Below are positions 40,351 to 55,200 of a stretch of DNA of 64,000 bases, piece by piece. Under the pieces are notes generated by a model. That model saw only the letters and a list, made by a program, of their open reading frames with translations, had not been told where the DNA came from and made no database searches. The position numbers were made by a program, and so were the translations under genes. This DNA is from Octopus vulgaris (lineage: Eukaryota): positions 28,706,001-28,770,000 of the forward strand of contig OX597823.1 in assembly GCA_951406725.2 (NCBI GenBank), given 5' to 3'. Each line of letters starts with the position of its first letter. The first letter of the stretch is position 1.

Positions 40351-40907
40351 AGACGATTCTACACTAACTTTAACAGAGTGTTCGTGGAACTTCATTTCTG
40401 ACATCGTGTAGCGAAATCGAATCCCATACTGATGTGTGCCAATGTTCAATTGTATATTTGTTACACACTGTCGAATCGTTTTTACTCATTCTTGCATTCT
40501 GTCTAAGTGAGAACCCTACCATCTTTAGTGTGCCAAAGATAATAGTTCTTCGCTAAAAGATTACAGAGAATCAATCAATAATTCTTAATTTTGTTTTATA
40601 ATAAGATTTCCTGGACATTTCAGATGTACTTTAGATTTGGCGTGGAATCCAACACAAAAACTAGCTGTTTTCTTTTTCCTTGGAGATAATGGGCATTATA
40701 TGACTGTTACGGCAGATCAGAGTCGCCTATATGATAGATTGTCAATTCAAAAGATTTATTTCTTAATAATGAATAGATTGCAGCTTGCTTTTATTTTCTA
40801 ATCCTAAGGTTATTTTTGTTACGATAGTAGCCATATATAATGTATAACTGACAATATCCCTCGCAGTTAATAATAAATTTCCACAATATTTAGATTTATA
40901 CTAATGT

Positions 40908-40980
<73 letters not shown>

Positions 40981-41354
40981 TTTATAAACAGTCTGTCAGT
41001 CCTGATATTATGGTGTTTTGCATCGATGTACATTCCTAGTGTAGCCTGAGATATAGCAATAAGATGCGCTGCTTCTTTTTTTTCTTTATCCGTGCGACCA
41101 GCATTGCAGTATAAGATTGCTTCTTTAACTAGGGTCAGGATTGCTTTCAGTTCCGTTGATGAACATTCACGGCCCCGAATGCATAGTATTCTAATTCTAG
41201 AATTGTCCTTTGCCAAAATCTCCTATTAGTTTCTAACATTTCTCACCCTGCCACTGAACTCACCCATTGAAAACGAAATAGAATAAATAAAAAAAATGCA
41301 AAATACAAACATTTTGGAAGCCATAACTCTGAATCCTGGCCTAATGTTTTTTTT

Positions 41355-41560
41355 ATTCCATTACTTGTTTCAGTCATTTGATTGCGGCCATGCTGGAGCA
41401 CCGCCTTTAGTCGAGCAAATCGAACACAGGAGATTTTCTTTGTGAGCCTAGTACTTATTCTATCGGTCGCTTTTCCTAAACCGACAAAGTACAGGTACAG
41501 GGACGTATACACAACAACAACCGTTGTCAGGTGATGGTGGGGGACAAACACAGACACACA
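41355..41560 (-). mobile_element. SINE family B, 3' half
   Basis: TTGTTTCAGTCATTTGA.TGCGGCCATGCTGGAGCACCGCC. Confidence 0.75.
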
Positions 41561-41573
41561 AACATATATACAC

Positions 41574-41645
<72 letters not shown>

Positions 41646-41721
41646 GCAGCGTGGAAGGTGTTTGTAAGCCATTTAAGAAACACACAAAAGCCGTTCGATT
41701 CACTTCAACATTTAAGTTTAA

Positions 41722-41771
41722 TTTGTCAAAATATTTTCGTCGCTAAAATCTGCGACCTGTTCACTGACAAA
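41722..41771 (-). ncRNA. Minimal type I hammerhead ribozyme with compensatory G3-C8 core
   Basis: UUUGUCA-GUGAACA-G-GUCGC agauuuua GCGAC-GAAA-AUAU-UU/UGACAAA; 7-bp stem I, 5-bp stem II, palindromic AAUAUU stem III; in a ~140-bp unit (41645-41784) between TA repeats. Confidence 0.75.
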
Positions 41772-41844
41772 ATCCGTGCTGCATATATATATTGAAGTAG
41801 ATAAATGAATTATCTTCTTACGGATATATATATATATGTATATG

Positions 41845-42056
41845 TTTGTGTGTCAGTGTTTGGCCCCCGCCAGCATCACTTGACGACCGATGTTTGTGTG
41901 TATACGTCCCCGTAACATAGCAGTTCGACAAAAGACACCGGTAGTTTGAGTAGTAGGCTTACAAAGAATAAGTCCTGGGGTTGATTTGTTCGATGAAAGG
42001 CGGTGCTCCAGCATGGTCGCAGTCAAATCACTGAAACGAATAAAAGAGTAAAAGAA
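41845..42056 (+). mobile_element. SINE family B, 3' half
   Basis: GGCTTACAAAGAATAAGTCCTGGGG...GGCGGTGCTCCAGCATGG...CTGAAAC. Confidence 0.75.
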
Positions 42057-42155
42057 CAAAAGAATATAACGAAAGCGGGTATATATGTAAATAAATTTAT
42101 TTAAAAGTAATTACAAACTTTTCAAATTTAGATGCATTTCAACAAGTCCGCCTAT

Positions 42156-42206
<51 letters not shown>

Positions 42207-42761
42207 CACACACACACATATATATATAGGAAGACAGATGAAATATATATATGTATTGAGTGTATGTTTTGTTATATTTTGAGAGGACCATTTGCCAATA
42301 AATACACACGCGCTCGTACAATTTCACTTCTGTTTATTATTATGAGTCAAGTAGATTATTATTTAACGAAATTACTGTGTGATTGACTGATTTTCTGAAA
42401 ATTTAGTTAAATAATCCATCTGTTGTTTAATTGACTCTTTGCTCGACGATAGGATAATAGACATGTGTATATTATTGGCGAAATGGCCCACCCTAATACA
42501 ACAAATTCCGTTACAATATATGACTTCGCATCAAGGATTTTGTAAACAAATACAAAACCTGCACACACATTATTGGTCAGCCTGAGTCTTTTGTAAAGGA
42601 CAAAATATTGAAGGTGCGGAACAGCGAGATTAAACAGAGAAATATGTGGTCACACATGTAGCTGTTTAGCACAAGGCCATGGCTCCGCTTAATTTGCGAA
42701 TATATGTGTTTCTGTGAATCTTATTTTAAACTGTGCCTTCAGGTTACGTGTGGTCTTGGTT

Positions 42762-42935
42762 ATTCTTTTATTTGTTTCAGTCATTTGACTGCGGCCATGC
42801 TGAAGCACCGCCTTTAGTCGAGCAAATCGAACCCAGGACTTATTCTTTGTAAGCCTAGTACTTTGCCGAACGGGGACGTAAACACACCAACATCGGTTGT
42901 AAAGCGATGTTGCAGGGGACAAACAGATACACAAA
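42762..42935 (-). mobile_element. SINE family B, 3' half
   Basis: Same motifs on the reverse strand. Confidence 0.75.
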
Positions 42936-44139
42936 TATATATCTTTCTCCTTAACTCTCTCTCTCTATTTCTCTCTCTCTCTAGCTTCATCTCTCTTCTT
43001 CACTAAGCCATACGCCTTGCAAATGTTCTGGTATGTGAGGTTATGCTGTTGCTTTTGTGACGAAAGCGATGTTATGTAATCTTTATAGGGACCCAATGGT
43101 ATTTGTAAGATACAAAATGATATTTGTTATATGATGTTTGGTATAACATATAATTAATCCATTGTTCGTTAACGGATACAGATTAAGTAGCATCTTCTGT
43201 ATTAATTACGATGCCGTTGGATAAACATTTGATTTTCGTATTTCTATAGAAAGCGAAAACAAATCTACATCTGCAGACTTATTTACTTGGTATTGAACAA
43301 AACGTCCACCTGCATACATCAAACAATCTCTGTTTTATCTTGTAAAAGAAATAATGAAATACACAAAGAGAGAACGACAAAAGCTATGTGCCACCGAACG
43401 ACAATCAATAGAAACAATTTATGTTGCCGGAAATTTCCATTTGCTTACACCTGTCCGGCAAAATAAAGACAAGATATAAAGAAGAAGAAGAAAAAAAGAA
43501 TCTGAATGCATAGTTTAATTACGACGAGTTCCATTGGGTTTAGCTATCTCAAGAGTTTTAACGAGATACAAAGAGAAGGAAAGTTATGGACGTGGAAGGC
43601 AGAAGCGATTGCTATTATACGCCAAATCAAGATTTGATTGCATTCTGACAATAGCTGTTGCCATATCGAATGTTAAGTGGCAGCCAGCTAGCAGTGATCT
43701 ATTGTTGGAAATTTATTCAAGACAAACCTAACCGGACGTTCACAATATGAAGAATGTTAATCCGGGGGTGGTTTAAATGTGTTGTTTTAAATAGGGACGT
43801 ATCTTCAAATTTTGAAAACAACAAGAAGCGGCGAATTTCTTGAGAAAAACTACTTAGACGTCGTATATAGGATTTCCATCAGCTGTAATTGGTATATATA
43901 TTTACATGTGTCTGTCTGTATATATATATATATATATATGCACACACAATGAGGAGAGAAAGAGATAAACACACACATACACACATACATGCATAGATAC
44001 ATACATCCATATATATATATATATATATTGGCCTGCTCGTTTAGCCAGCGTGGTGGCGTCGTTCGAAGGCTATAACAATGCGAACGCATTGTGACCAGCG
44101 ATGTGTAACTACATCTGATGGACTGGTCGGTCACCTGAT

Positions 44140-44193
<54 letters not shown>

Positions 44194-44542
44194 TGGGCGA
44201 TCTACTAGTGCAAATCAGTCACCATGTTGGCTGAAATATATATAAAGCTATAAGCTTTATTTAGGCACATCTAATCGACAAGAGTCGATAAACACGAAAC
44301 ATCGATGTCTGAGATTCCCAAGAGATGGCGACACTGAACGAACTAAGTATTTTCTCACCTTTTTACCATAAGGGAGATTTTTTCTCCATGGTAACTGCAG
44401 TGTATTTGCCTTTAACAGTTGAAATATGCGACAAACATAATTCAACTATCCTAAATTTTGAATATATATAAATATACATACATACATATACGTATATATG
44501 TATGTATGTATGTATGTATTTATGTATGTATGTATGTATATA

Positions 44543-44950
44543 TGAGTGGCTGTGTAGTAAGTAGCTTGCTTACGAACCACATGGTTCCGGGTTCAGTCCC
44601 ACTGCGTGGCACCTTGGGCAAGTGTCTTCTACTATAGCCTCGGGCCGTCCAAAGCCTTGTGAGTGGATTTGGTAGACGGAAACTGAATGAAGCCTGTTGT
44701 ATATATGTATATATATGTATGTGTATGTGTATATGTTTGTGTATCTGTGTTTGTCCCCCTAACATCGCTTGACAACCGATGCTAGAATAAGTACTGGGCT
44801 TACAAAGAATAAGTCCCGGGGTAGATTTGTTTGACTAAAGGCGGTGCTCTAGCATGGCCGCAGTCAAATGACTGAAACAAGTAAAAGAGTAAAGGGTAAT
44901 ATCTTTGAACGGCGGTGCATCAGCATGGCCGCAGCTCTGAGCAGAAACTA
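44543..44950 (+). mobile_element. CORE-like tRNA SINE family B
   Basis: GAGTGGCTGTGTAGTAAG...GGTTCAGTCCC head, GGCACCTTGGGCAAGTG CORE-like segment, internal microsatellite, 3' tail. Confidence 0.8.
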
Positions 44951-44951
44951 G

Positions 44952-44991
<40 letters not shown>

Positions 44992-46005
44992 TGTATATGG
45001 TGAAGTGAAAAAGACAAATGAACGGACGGAAAAGCTCAAGATTTTCTTCTGAATAGATTTCGTCCGCGTCTTGCAAAGAGTGCCTGTTGGTTTTGATGTT
45101 TCTTATCACTAGATCCAAACTGACTGTTGGAATCTGACTGTCCGAAAATCGCTGCAATTTTTTTCATTATATTTTAAATTAATTTACGATTGTGTCGCAG
45201 TCTGTCGTATACATTGTACTTTGAATCAATTAATTGGAGAGGTGTGAGGTACCACATGATGTCGTGTGGCGTTGTGGGGTAGAGTCATGGCTTAGTAATA
45301 TTGTAGATTCTCGTGCGTTTCCTATGAATGTCCTTTAGCTTCGAAATGGACCTGATTAGATACACGTCTGTTCAAGACCTCCCACATGTGATCATATGGT
45401 TTATTCTGGTATATCTTAGACAATATTATACAATGTGATACTCCATTAAGTTAAGATTTGAATATGTGGCTGCTGTGTCTAACATTTCAAAGAATCTTGT
45501 TCTTGGTCTTTGTTTCTTTGTATTTATGTACGTCTCAACTGTGACCTGAGGGGAATGGTGCTGTGTGCTGAGAGAGAGAGAGAACGATATATGCAGTTTA
45601 GTTACACTACACTTTAGCATTTTTATCACACAAAGTTATTGGTGCAGCACTCCATACATACATACATACGTACATACATATATACACACACACATAGAAA
45701 CATACATGCATACATACATACATGCATACATACATACATACATAATACATACATACATACATACATACATACATACATACAGTCGATCTCATGTAAACGT
45801 TGACTCCCAATTTTTGGCCCAACATTTGGAAATGTTCCATAGGCCCCGTATAAAAGTCGACCCTAGTATTCACGAACAACAGGACAACATCTGTGGGTCA
45901 AGGTACAGTATTATCCTGTACGTAGAAATATCACTGTTACAAAATTGTGTTGTTACCTTACTGTAGCCTGCTCTACAGGTGGAATGCTTGGTGCTTATAA
46001 TTGAA

Positions 46006-46368
46006 CTAGCAGTATCGCCCGGCGTTGCTCAGGTTTGTAAGGGAAATAACTATAAAGCATTTTTAGAGAGTTATAGCCAAAAAAAATGATGGTAAATTTT
46101 TTTGAGAGTTAAAAAAGGTGGAGTTGCGTCCCCTAGACGGTCTGTGGTTTGGGTTTCTGATTCTCGACCCCATGTCGAATTTATCGATTTTTTTCAGAAC
46201 TTGGGGAACTTTTCAAAATTTTCGCTGCGTTAGTTTTGAATTATGACATTGGGCTATGTGTGTGTCAAGTTTCATCAGAATCGGTTGAAAGCCGTGGTCA
46301 GAGTGAGGGTACGAGAAAACAGACACACAGAAAACGCACAGACAAACTGCCGTTTATATAGAGAGAGA
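46006..46368 (-). mobile_element. Non-autonomous Helitron
   Basis: Minus strand 5' TC...CCTGAGCAACGCCGGGCGATACTGCTAG 3', A^T target; terminal ~75 bp shared with 11809-13106. Confidence 0.75.
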
Positions 46369-46476
46369 TGATCGGTGCTTATAGTAAAAGACCATCGGCG
46401 AACAACAGTAAACGGTATCAATTCGTACAGAGGCATGACTTTGGTAAGCCTAAATATATTTAGTTAATCGCTAGAT

Positions 46477-46591
46477 CAGTGGTTCCCAAACTTATCTTGT
46501 CGCAGAATCCTTCGTCATTATTTTTAAAAGCGTGGAACATAACTTTCATGGAAAATCCGGGTTTTCGCAAAACACATTTTGGGAATCCCTG
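46477..46591. mobile_element. hAT-type MITE remnant
   Basis: TIR-like CAGTGGTTCCCAAA / TTTGGGAATCCCTG; no clear TSD. Confidence 0.5.
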
Positions 46592-47129
46592 TTTCAAATT
46601 AACTACTCTGCATCATATTATGGACATTTACTGTTAACTGCACATGACATCCTGCCTTTTCATTTGAAACATGCCGTATTGCGGTAGGTAGTAGCATGTG
46701 GGTACCGGGTAGATATGTTACCGATGGTAATATAACATAATTATGAAATATATCGATTTCACTCAACTAGTCTTTTAAGGTTCATGGATACAAATAAAAG
46801 AGGTAATGTAAATATTTAAAAGAGCTACGCGGTCTTCTTTATGGGTTTTGTTATCTACTGGGAAGTATGTTTTGATGGAAAGAATTGTTAATATTATTGT
46901 ACTTCATTGTGTTTTTGATTTTATTCGCTTTGAGATCAGTTGGGCTTCTACTGCTGACACGGTACTTCGGATTCTAGCTTGAATTTCAGCCCCCCAAAAG
47001 TAGTATCCATATATTTTAATTTTTACTTTTATTCTCTTATTCACCTTTATATTTCTTATTTCTATCCTTTTTCAAAACAACTCCTCATATTGAACTCTAA
47101 TATTTCCCTCTATTTAAACATCTCACATC

Positions 47130-47177
47130 GTCTCTGATGAAGGGATATCCCTAATATCCCAGAAACAGCTGTTAGAC
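47130..47177 (+). ncRNA. Minimal type I hammerhead ribozyme, canonical core
   Basis: GUCU-CUGAUGA-A-GGGAUAU cccua AUAUCCC-A-GAAA-CAGCUG-UU/AGAC; palindromic ACAGCUGU stem III. Confidence 0.85.
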
Positions 47178-48577
47178 TACCTTTCTCTTTATAAATGCCA
47201 TATGAATTCCACACAGCATAAGCCCATGATCAGGGATTAGTCGATACCATCGACCTAAAGGATATGATTGGTGTCTTATTTTATCGACCGTGAAGAAAGG
47301 AAAGGCAAGGTTGACGTTGGTGGGCTTTGAACTCAAAACGTGAAGAAGCCGAATAAAATACTGGAAAGCTTATTTTCTGATTCTGCCAGCTGACTTCTTT
47401 TGTCAAAGGAATATTAACATTGAGAAATGGGAACGCACGTATCCCTAGAATACTATGTTGAGAATAAAATATAAACATTTTGCTTTTGTCTTTAGCTCCC
47501 CTAGTTCCACTGAAGCAGGAATACAGTCAAAGACATTCCAGCCAGACTTTCTTGACATATTTTACATCGAAAACTGCAATTTGTCGGTTCTGAAGATGCT
47601 AAAGTGTGATTCAACGAAAATTTGGACAGTTATTTCTGATATGTTAAATAGCAACATAAAGTTTCGATGAACTAAGATTTTGCTGTCACTTAACCGAATA
47701 TAGTAGCTAGCTAGGAGTGCGGGCTAGGGAGTGCTCCTCTCGGCAATCCTTTTGGTTTTGCAGTATTTGTAGTGAGGGCCCAGTGTAGAAACTGCAAACT
47801 CAAGGGTTGCGTAACACACTCTAACTACGCCACTGCCCGAATGCGGTGCCTTGAACTTTGGATTAGGCCTCATTAATGCTGCGCATCTCTTCCTGATTTT
47901 GTTTACAGCAATTACAGAAGATGGAAGTGGCTTCCTAATAGATATTTTATGTTTTCAATTTGCTTTACATCCCTGTAGAAAGCCTAAGTTCAGCTTGAAA
48001 TGGTGTCTCTCTTGTCGAGATGTATTTCAGGTTTTATTTCTTGGTAATGATCATGCAATAATTGTTGGAAGTATATATCTTGGAATTGTCGTTTCATAGA
48101 GCTCTTCTACGTTGAAACGTAGCGTGAGGAAATGGTTAAGAAGTTCGTTTCGTAATGGCAAGATCACGGGCTCGATCCCACAGTGTGACATCTTGGTCTT
48201 TATATTTTTCTACAGCTTCAAGGTGGGCGCAAGATTCGACACTGAGAATGATCAGAGGAAAGTTGTGTGTAAACGAATTGTATGTATTTAAATGTCCAAC
48301 CTTGTCATACGATATGTCACTGTGATACTCTCTGATGATTACATTACCAGTACACGTGCCTGTGGAATATTCAGCCATTTATATGTCATTTCAATGAGTA
48401 GAAACACCAGTTGATCGAACTCTTGAATCTGTTGTGTACACAATATGATAGCAAGTTGCCCTGATTAATCCAGAGAGCGGTTTCATGCACGTTTTCGCTG
48501 CTTTGTCTCATAAATTAAACTTTATTTTCCTCCTCGTGTATCTCATACTTTTGTAGTTATTCCATACAGTAATTCGA

Positions 48578-48952
48578 GGAGGCGCAATGGCCTAGTAGTT
48601 ATGGCAGCGGACACACGCTCGCAGGATCTTGGTTTCTATTCCCAGACCGGGTTTTGTGAGAGTTTATTAAGCGAAAACACCTAAAACGCCATGTGGCTCC
48701 AGCAGGGGGTGGTGGCGAACCCTGCTGTACTCTTTCCCTACAACTTTCTGTCATTCTTTCTTCCTGTTGTACCTGCATTTCAAAGAGCCAGCCTTGTCAC
48801 ACTCTGTGTCACGCTGATTCTCCTTGAGAACTACGTTAAGGGTACACGTGTCTTTGGAGTGCTCAGCCACTTGCACGTTAATTTCACGAGCAAGCTGTTC
48901 CGTTGATCGTATCAACTGGAACCCTCGTCATCGTAACCGACGGAGTGCCACG
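48578..48952 (+). mobile_element. tRNA-derived SINE family C
   Basis: Head matches 6059; 3' half matches 11580-11745. Confidence 0.8.
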
Positions 48953-49862
48953 ATACAGTAATTTATACGTCTTCCATAAATGCATAAATGTTTTCGAACC
49001 TACCTCCACATCTATGTGTCTTGCAACATCAATCGTTTTTCATATAATATTTTGTACTCCACCACATAATTCTTTGTAAGCATTTTAATATGTCTATCGG
49101 TCGAATGAACTGAATATAATTACTGTTAGTGAATAAATAACAAAATATTGTTGTTGTTGTCGTCGTTATCATCATCACTATTATCACCATCACCTTGTGG
49201 TATTCGTCGTTTACACTGTAATGTTTTGTTGTGGATAGTTTCAGCTTTAAAACATTATAAGAATTACCAAGCAATAAATATCAATTGTATAAAATATTTT
49301 GAGACAGAAAAATTCAATCATGCACCCACACACACACACATACAAACACACACACATACACACATACACACATACACACACACACACACACACACGCACA
49401 CACACATACACACACACACGCACGCACACACACGAACACACACATCGCAAACAGGGATACGCCCACACGTAGAAAGGTGATATAAAACATTTGAACCAAA
49501 TTTTTACACCATATACAATTCTATTCGCTTTTGTTTTCAATCCATCCACTTTCATTGTCTGATTTTCATACGAATTCAAAAATAATTTCTTTGCTTAAAA
49601 TCTAGAGAGACAAAAATACCCATAAATGTATAAAACCAAAATATATTTTCAATTTGTAATAACATTCATGGATTTTTATTCTATATATTTCAATGCAATT
49701 CGGTTTGTCATAGATTTCTTATACTTCCGATTCTTAATTCTTACTTTTATAATTCATTTGTAATATAATCATTTGATACGTGAGGTTTTGTTAAGTTGAG
49801 ATGTTTTTCATTTCATAACTGGAACTTGAAATAGAAAACTTGCGGGCGTTTATTATTGACCA

Positions 49863-49911
<49 letters not shown>

Positions 49912-49920
49912 CCCTCTGCA

Positions 49921-49991
<71 letters not shown>

Positions 49992-49997
49992 GTGTGT

Positions 49998-50029
<32 letters not shown>

Positions 50030-50524
50030 CTGTATAAAACAAGTTAGAATATGGTAAAATGATTTATCATGAAATACACTTTGTAAAAGTAGGTACAGGT
50101 TTCAGTCTTTTCTACTTTTTCAATTAAGAGTTAGACAAGAAAAACAATTATATTGAAAAAAAAAATTAAATGAAATGTTTTGTATTTCTATAGTCTTCAA
50201 ATATGTAGGGCATTTTCCTTTTTTCTGTCTGTCTGTCTGCCTCTCTTTTCTTTTGTGAAGGCTCGGTAGTAACAGATCTAAAGAAATAGTGGTTTTGGGT
50301 GCAAAGAAATGTCTGATTCTGAAGTTTGATGGTTTAAGCTGCAGCAGCCAAGGAAAGAGACGGCGAAGAAGAGGAAGACGAGAGTGCTATGACCCAGTAG
50401 TAGAGCTCTCCGTTGAATCTACTTTAATGGTCAAGTAACCGAAAAGTGACCTGTTGTGGTTATAGTAATGGTAGGAACTGTTGTAACTAAATTCATGGGT
50501 AGCGACTGTTCTTAATATATCTGT

Positions 50525-50576
<52 letters not shown>

Positions 50577-51602
50577 CATACATACATACATACATACATA
50601 CATACATACATACATACATACATACATACAGACAGACAGAGAGATATGTGTGTGAGATCAGTGTGTGCTTGTATGTATAGATATACGTATGAATGTACTC
50701 ACGTATGTATGTATGTATGTATGCATGTGGAAATGAGCCGAGAGGAAATTATGTCTGGAAGGTCCTCTTCAGTAGTGTTTGTTCACCTGAAAGTTCTAAC
50801 TCTTATTTAGTCGTTAATATATGTAATTCCACTTCTTTTGATTCCTTTGGTACTTTCTTGGTGGAGACAAAAAAGTGTTTTCTCCTATAATGACATTTTA
50901 AATCCTTCATCGATAGATGTGAACCGTGTGCCCTTCAAACACTGCCGAGTGTTTTTCTTCTCCTTACCCACTTCAGCTATTTTTTTCTATCCTGTTAATA
51001 TTGCCTATAAAGGAACATAATTTGCCTCGCATCTAAACACATTTGACAGCCATTTTGCTAGTCTAGTTCTTAGTGATTTAAACACTTCTGTTCATCATTC
51101 TGTTCACATTTTATTCAGCCTATACTAAATATTTGTTGGTACAGAATAAAGTGTTTCTGTTTTGCTCATATTTTGAAGCCATGTCTGTTAGTTTCTATTT
51201 ATTCTTTACTTCATAACATTTTAATACTACAGTCGATATTTTCTTTCAATTAAGTTTTAGAAAATCCTCATATCTATGTATTCGTGGTTAACATAATACT
51301 TCTGCATCGCTTTTTATCGAGGGTATTCTAAATATTGCTTTTAAGCTTAAAGTATTAAAATAATATTTTTCCCAATATTTTTGGATCTTTCTGTGTATTG
51401 TAAGATACCTGAGTATTAGAAATATCTAGAACAAGACGGAATGTTTGTTTCGGTGACATCACGAGTTTTTATTTATATGGTGTAATATATAATTCAATAC
51501 ATATACCGAACAAGTTGTGGAAGGAATACAGATATTTTAAATTGTTAGAATGATTATATTGAGATATACTTTCAAATAAAGTCCATAACAAAATGTATGA
51601 CC

Positions 51603-51958
<356 letters not shown>

Positions 51959-52255
51959 GAAGAAGAGCTCCGGGCTGAATAACAACATGGATGTTCCCTG
52001 GGAGCCTCTCTCCAAAAAACGAATTTAATCCAACAACATCGTTGCAATGGAAGAAAGGTTCCACAAAATATCTTTTCCAAATGTTCTTTTAAGGCAAAGT
52101 AACTAAAAAGTCCGAACTATTATTGCCATATATAGTATGCTTTTCTTTCTTTTATGCATAATATTTCCATGTGACATGCATAAGAAATAGAAGCGAACAT
52201 CAGAGCTCTTGAAAGACAGTAAGTACATAAATTGATTAATTAATTAATTAATTAA

Positions 52256-55200
52256 ATAAGTATACATGCAACTGTTTATGCATACACGTAGACATTTTAA
52301 TTGTAAAGTATACATGCAACTGTTTGTGCATACATGTACACATTTTAATTATAAAGCATAAATAATGCTTACACGCGCTCACACGTACACACAGAAAGAA
52401 AAACCACGTTACGCGGACGAAAACAAAACAAAAACAAAGCGATTTTTCACGAACAAACGCAAAAAAGAGCAAATTGGTCACTGAATTTAGAAAGTCACTG
52501 AACAGTTATGCCCGGAAACATGACTACCAAAATAAATAGAGGCGAATTTCGATCTGTAAGTCTTACGCGAGTTCGATATGAACAATATATTAATTCGGAG
52601 AATTCAGAAGCGGTGTCTTGTCAAAAAATTGACCCTGTACAAACACTCCCTTCTTCTAACGTCACCGTCACAGAAGCGGCGTCTTGTCAAAAAGTTGACC
52701 CTGAAAAAATGGACCCCTCTGATGTCGCCGTCAATCATTTAATGAAAACAAGCCAAAAATCATGCCGGATCGGTCATCGCCCGGGACAACAAGGACCGCG
52801 TTACCCAGTAGGGAACCAGACTGGGGTCGAAAAGTTTGCTGCTGGAACAAACTCTCAAAAAGACGATCTACCAGGTGACCAGAACCAGAATACTTCTAAC
52901 TCTGGACTTGTAGTGACACCACCAAAAACACCACCTAAAGCAAAACGTATAAAATGGACCAGAGAGGACTATAGAGATGTGTTGAAAGCTTTTTATACAG
53001 CCCAACTAAACCCAAACAATAACCTCAGTGTACAAACATACATCTCATGGAGAAATTCAGTAGGCAATGACGTACGTAGATATATAGACGCAAATAAATT
53101 AAGTAATGTACGCAGAGATATAATTAAAAACAAAAGACTAACTGACGCTGAAATGGACAAAATTAGGACACTAATAGCTCATGGTAGACCAAAAGAAAAC
53201 AGCAACAATGTAGACGAAATAGGTAACAGTAGCACAGAAGCCAGTGTACAAGCGGCAAATCAACTTCCCAATGGGGAAGTTAAACAAAGAATAGCGAAGA
53301 CGAGATATTTGAAAAAAGAGGAGAACGTAGACCTTCCTCAAGAAAACCAAAATAGATATGACATAGAATTTGAGGTGACTAATAGAGAAAAGATTATGGA
53401 AGCAAAAGTGGACATTATGAGAGAACTCGGCAAGATTGAGCTCACTGACATGGTTAATAGAGAACCACTACCAAAGTTTTCAAATGGCACAAGAAATGAC
53501 AACACAATCATGACATATAACGTTGCCCTAGGACAGATCTTAAGAAATAAGGGGAATGATTTGACAACCTTAAATAATCTCATTTATTCAACTGCTAAAG
53601 TAGTAACTACCCAACTAGGTATTAAGATGACAAAGAAAAAGGCCAGGCATGTCAATGAACCTCCTAAGTGGAAAGTAGCGATACAAAAAGAGATTGAATC
53701 TCTGCGGGCGGATGTTTCAGTTCTCGATGAGCTTGCTAGAGGAGTGAATATTAAGCCGAGAAAAGCTAGAAAAATCAAGCAAAAATATAAAATCAAAGAT
53801 CTCATAAACCTCCCTGCAACTAAGGAACTGTTGAAACAACGGATACAGTTGAAAGCTCAACGGCTTAGAAGGTATGACAAAAGAAACAAATTTTATCGAC
53901 AAAATAAATTTTTTAAGACAGATGCAAAGAAATTTTATAGGGAAATTGGCAAAAATAAAATACACATAGAAGATCCACCTAAGATTGAGGATGTGGAGGA
54001 GTTCTGGAAGAAGGTATGGAGCAACGAAAAAGAGTTTAATGCTGAGGCTGACTGGATAGAACGTGAGAAAGAGAGACTGGATGAACTTGAAGAACAGAAA
54101 TGGGAAGCAATAGGAATAGAGGAGCTAAGGTGTGTCCTTAGGAAGGCTCATAAATGGAAAACCCCAGGACTGGATCGGATCCCTAACTTCTGGCTGAATT
54201 GTTTGACAGAGGTACACGGACATCTCGCTGCATCTCTGTCTGATATCATTCAGAACCCAGAGCAAATACCTGCTTGGCTGACTGAAGGAACCACCTACCT
54301 ATTACCTAAAACCGAAGACACAAAAAACCCAAAGAATTACCGGCCAATAACATGTCTCAACACCACCTACAAAATCCTCACATCCATAATAACGGAGAGA
54401 ATGTACGCTTTCCTTGAACAAAATTCTATCCTTCCACAAGCTCAAAAAGGTTGTAAAAGAAACTCTTATGGGTGCAAAGACCAATTGCTCATAAACAGAA
54501 TGATTGTAGAGAATTGCCGGAGCAAAAACAAAAACCTGAGTATGGCATGGATAGACTACAGGAAAGCGTATGACAGTGTCCCACATAAATGGATACTCAA
54601 GGCCCTTGAGATATACAAGATCTCTCCTGTCGTCTCAAAATTCTTAGAGAATAGCATGACCATGTGGAACACACGTCTCTTTCTAAGCCATAGTAATGGG
54701 ATGAGCCAGTCCAATAGCATCAACATCAAACGAGGCATCTTTCAAGGTGACTCCCTCTCTCCATTACTTTTTTGCATGGCACTGATCCCACTCTCAAACG
54801 AATTGGATAGTACCAGATATGGGTACAAAGTTTTTAGTAAGTTAATAAACCACCTTTTCTATATGGACGACCTAAAGCTGTTTGCCAGGAATGACCAAGA
54901 GCTAGAAGGGCTGCTAACAACTGTTAAAGAGTTTAGCAATGATATCGGGATGGATTTTGGCCTTGATAAGTGTGCTAAAGCAACTTTTGTAAGAGGCAAG
55001 CTCAGGCAAACAGCTTCTGTTAAATTAGATATTGACACTACCATCAAGGAACTTGACCCACAAGAAAGTTACAAATACCTAGGAATCAACGAAGGAGATG
55101 GTATACATCATGCTACTATGAAGGAAAAGATAAGAAAGGAATATTATAGGAGAATAAGGCTTGTACTGAAGACTGAACTCAACTCCAAAAATTGCATTGA

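Noticed and set aside
40896-41216. Protein-like ORF as a host exon
   Set aside because: No recognisable homology and no convincing splice donor; needs RNA-seq or BLAST.
44270-44325. GAAA-CAUCGAUG-UC hammerhead-like 3' half
   Set aside because: No CUGANGA core or stem I upstream.
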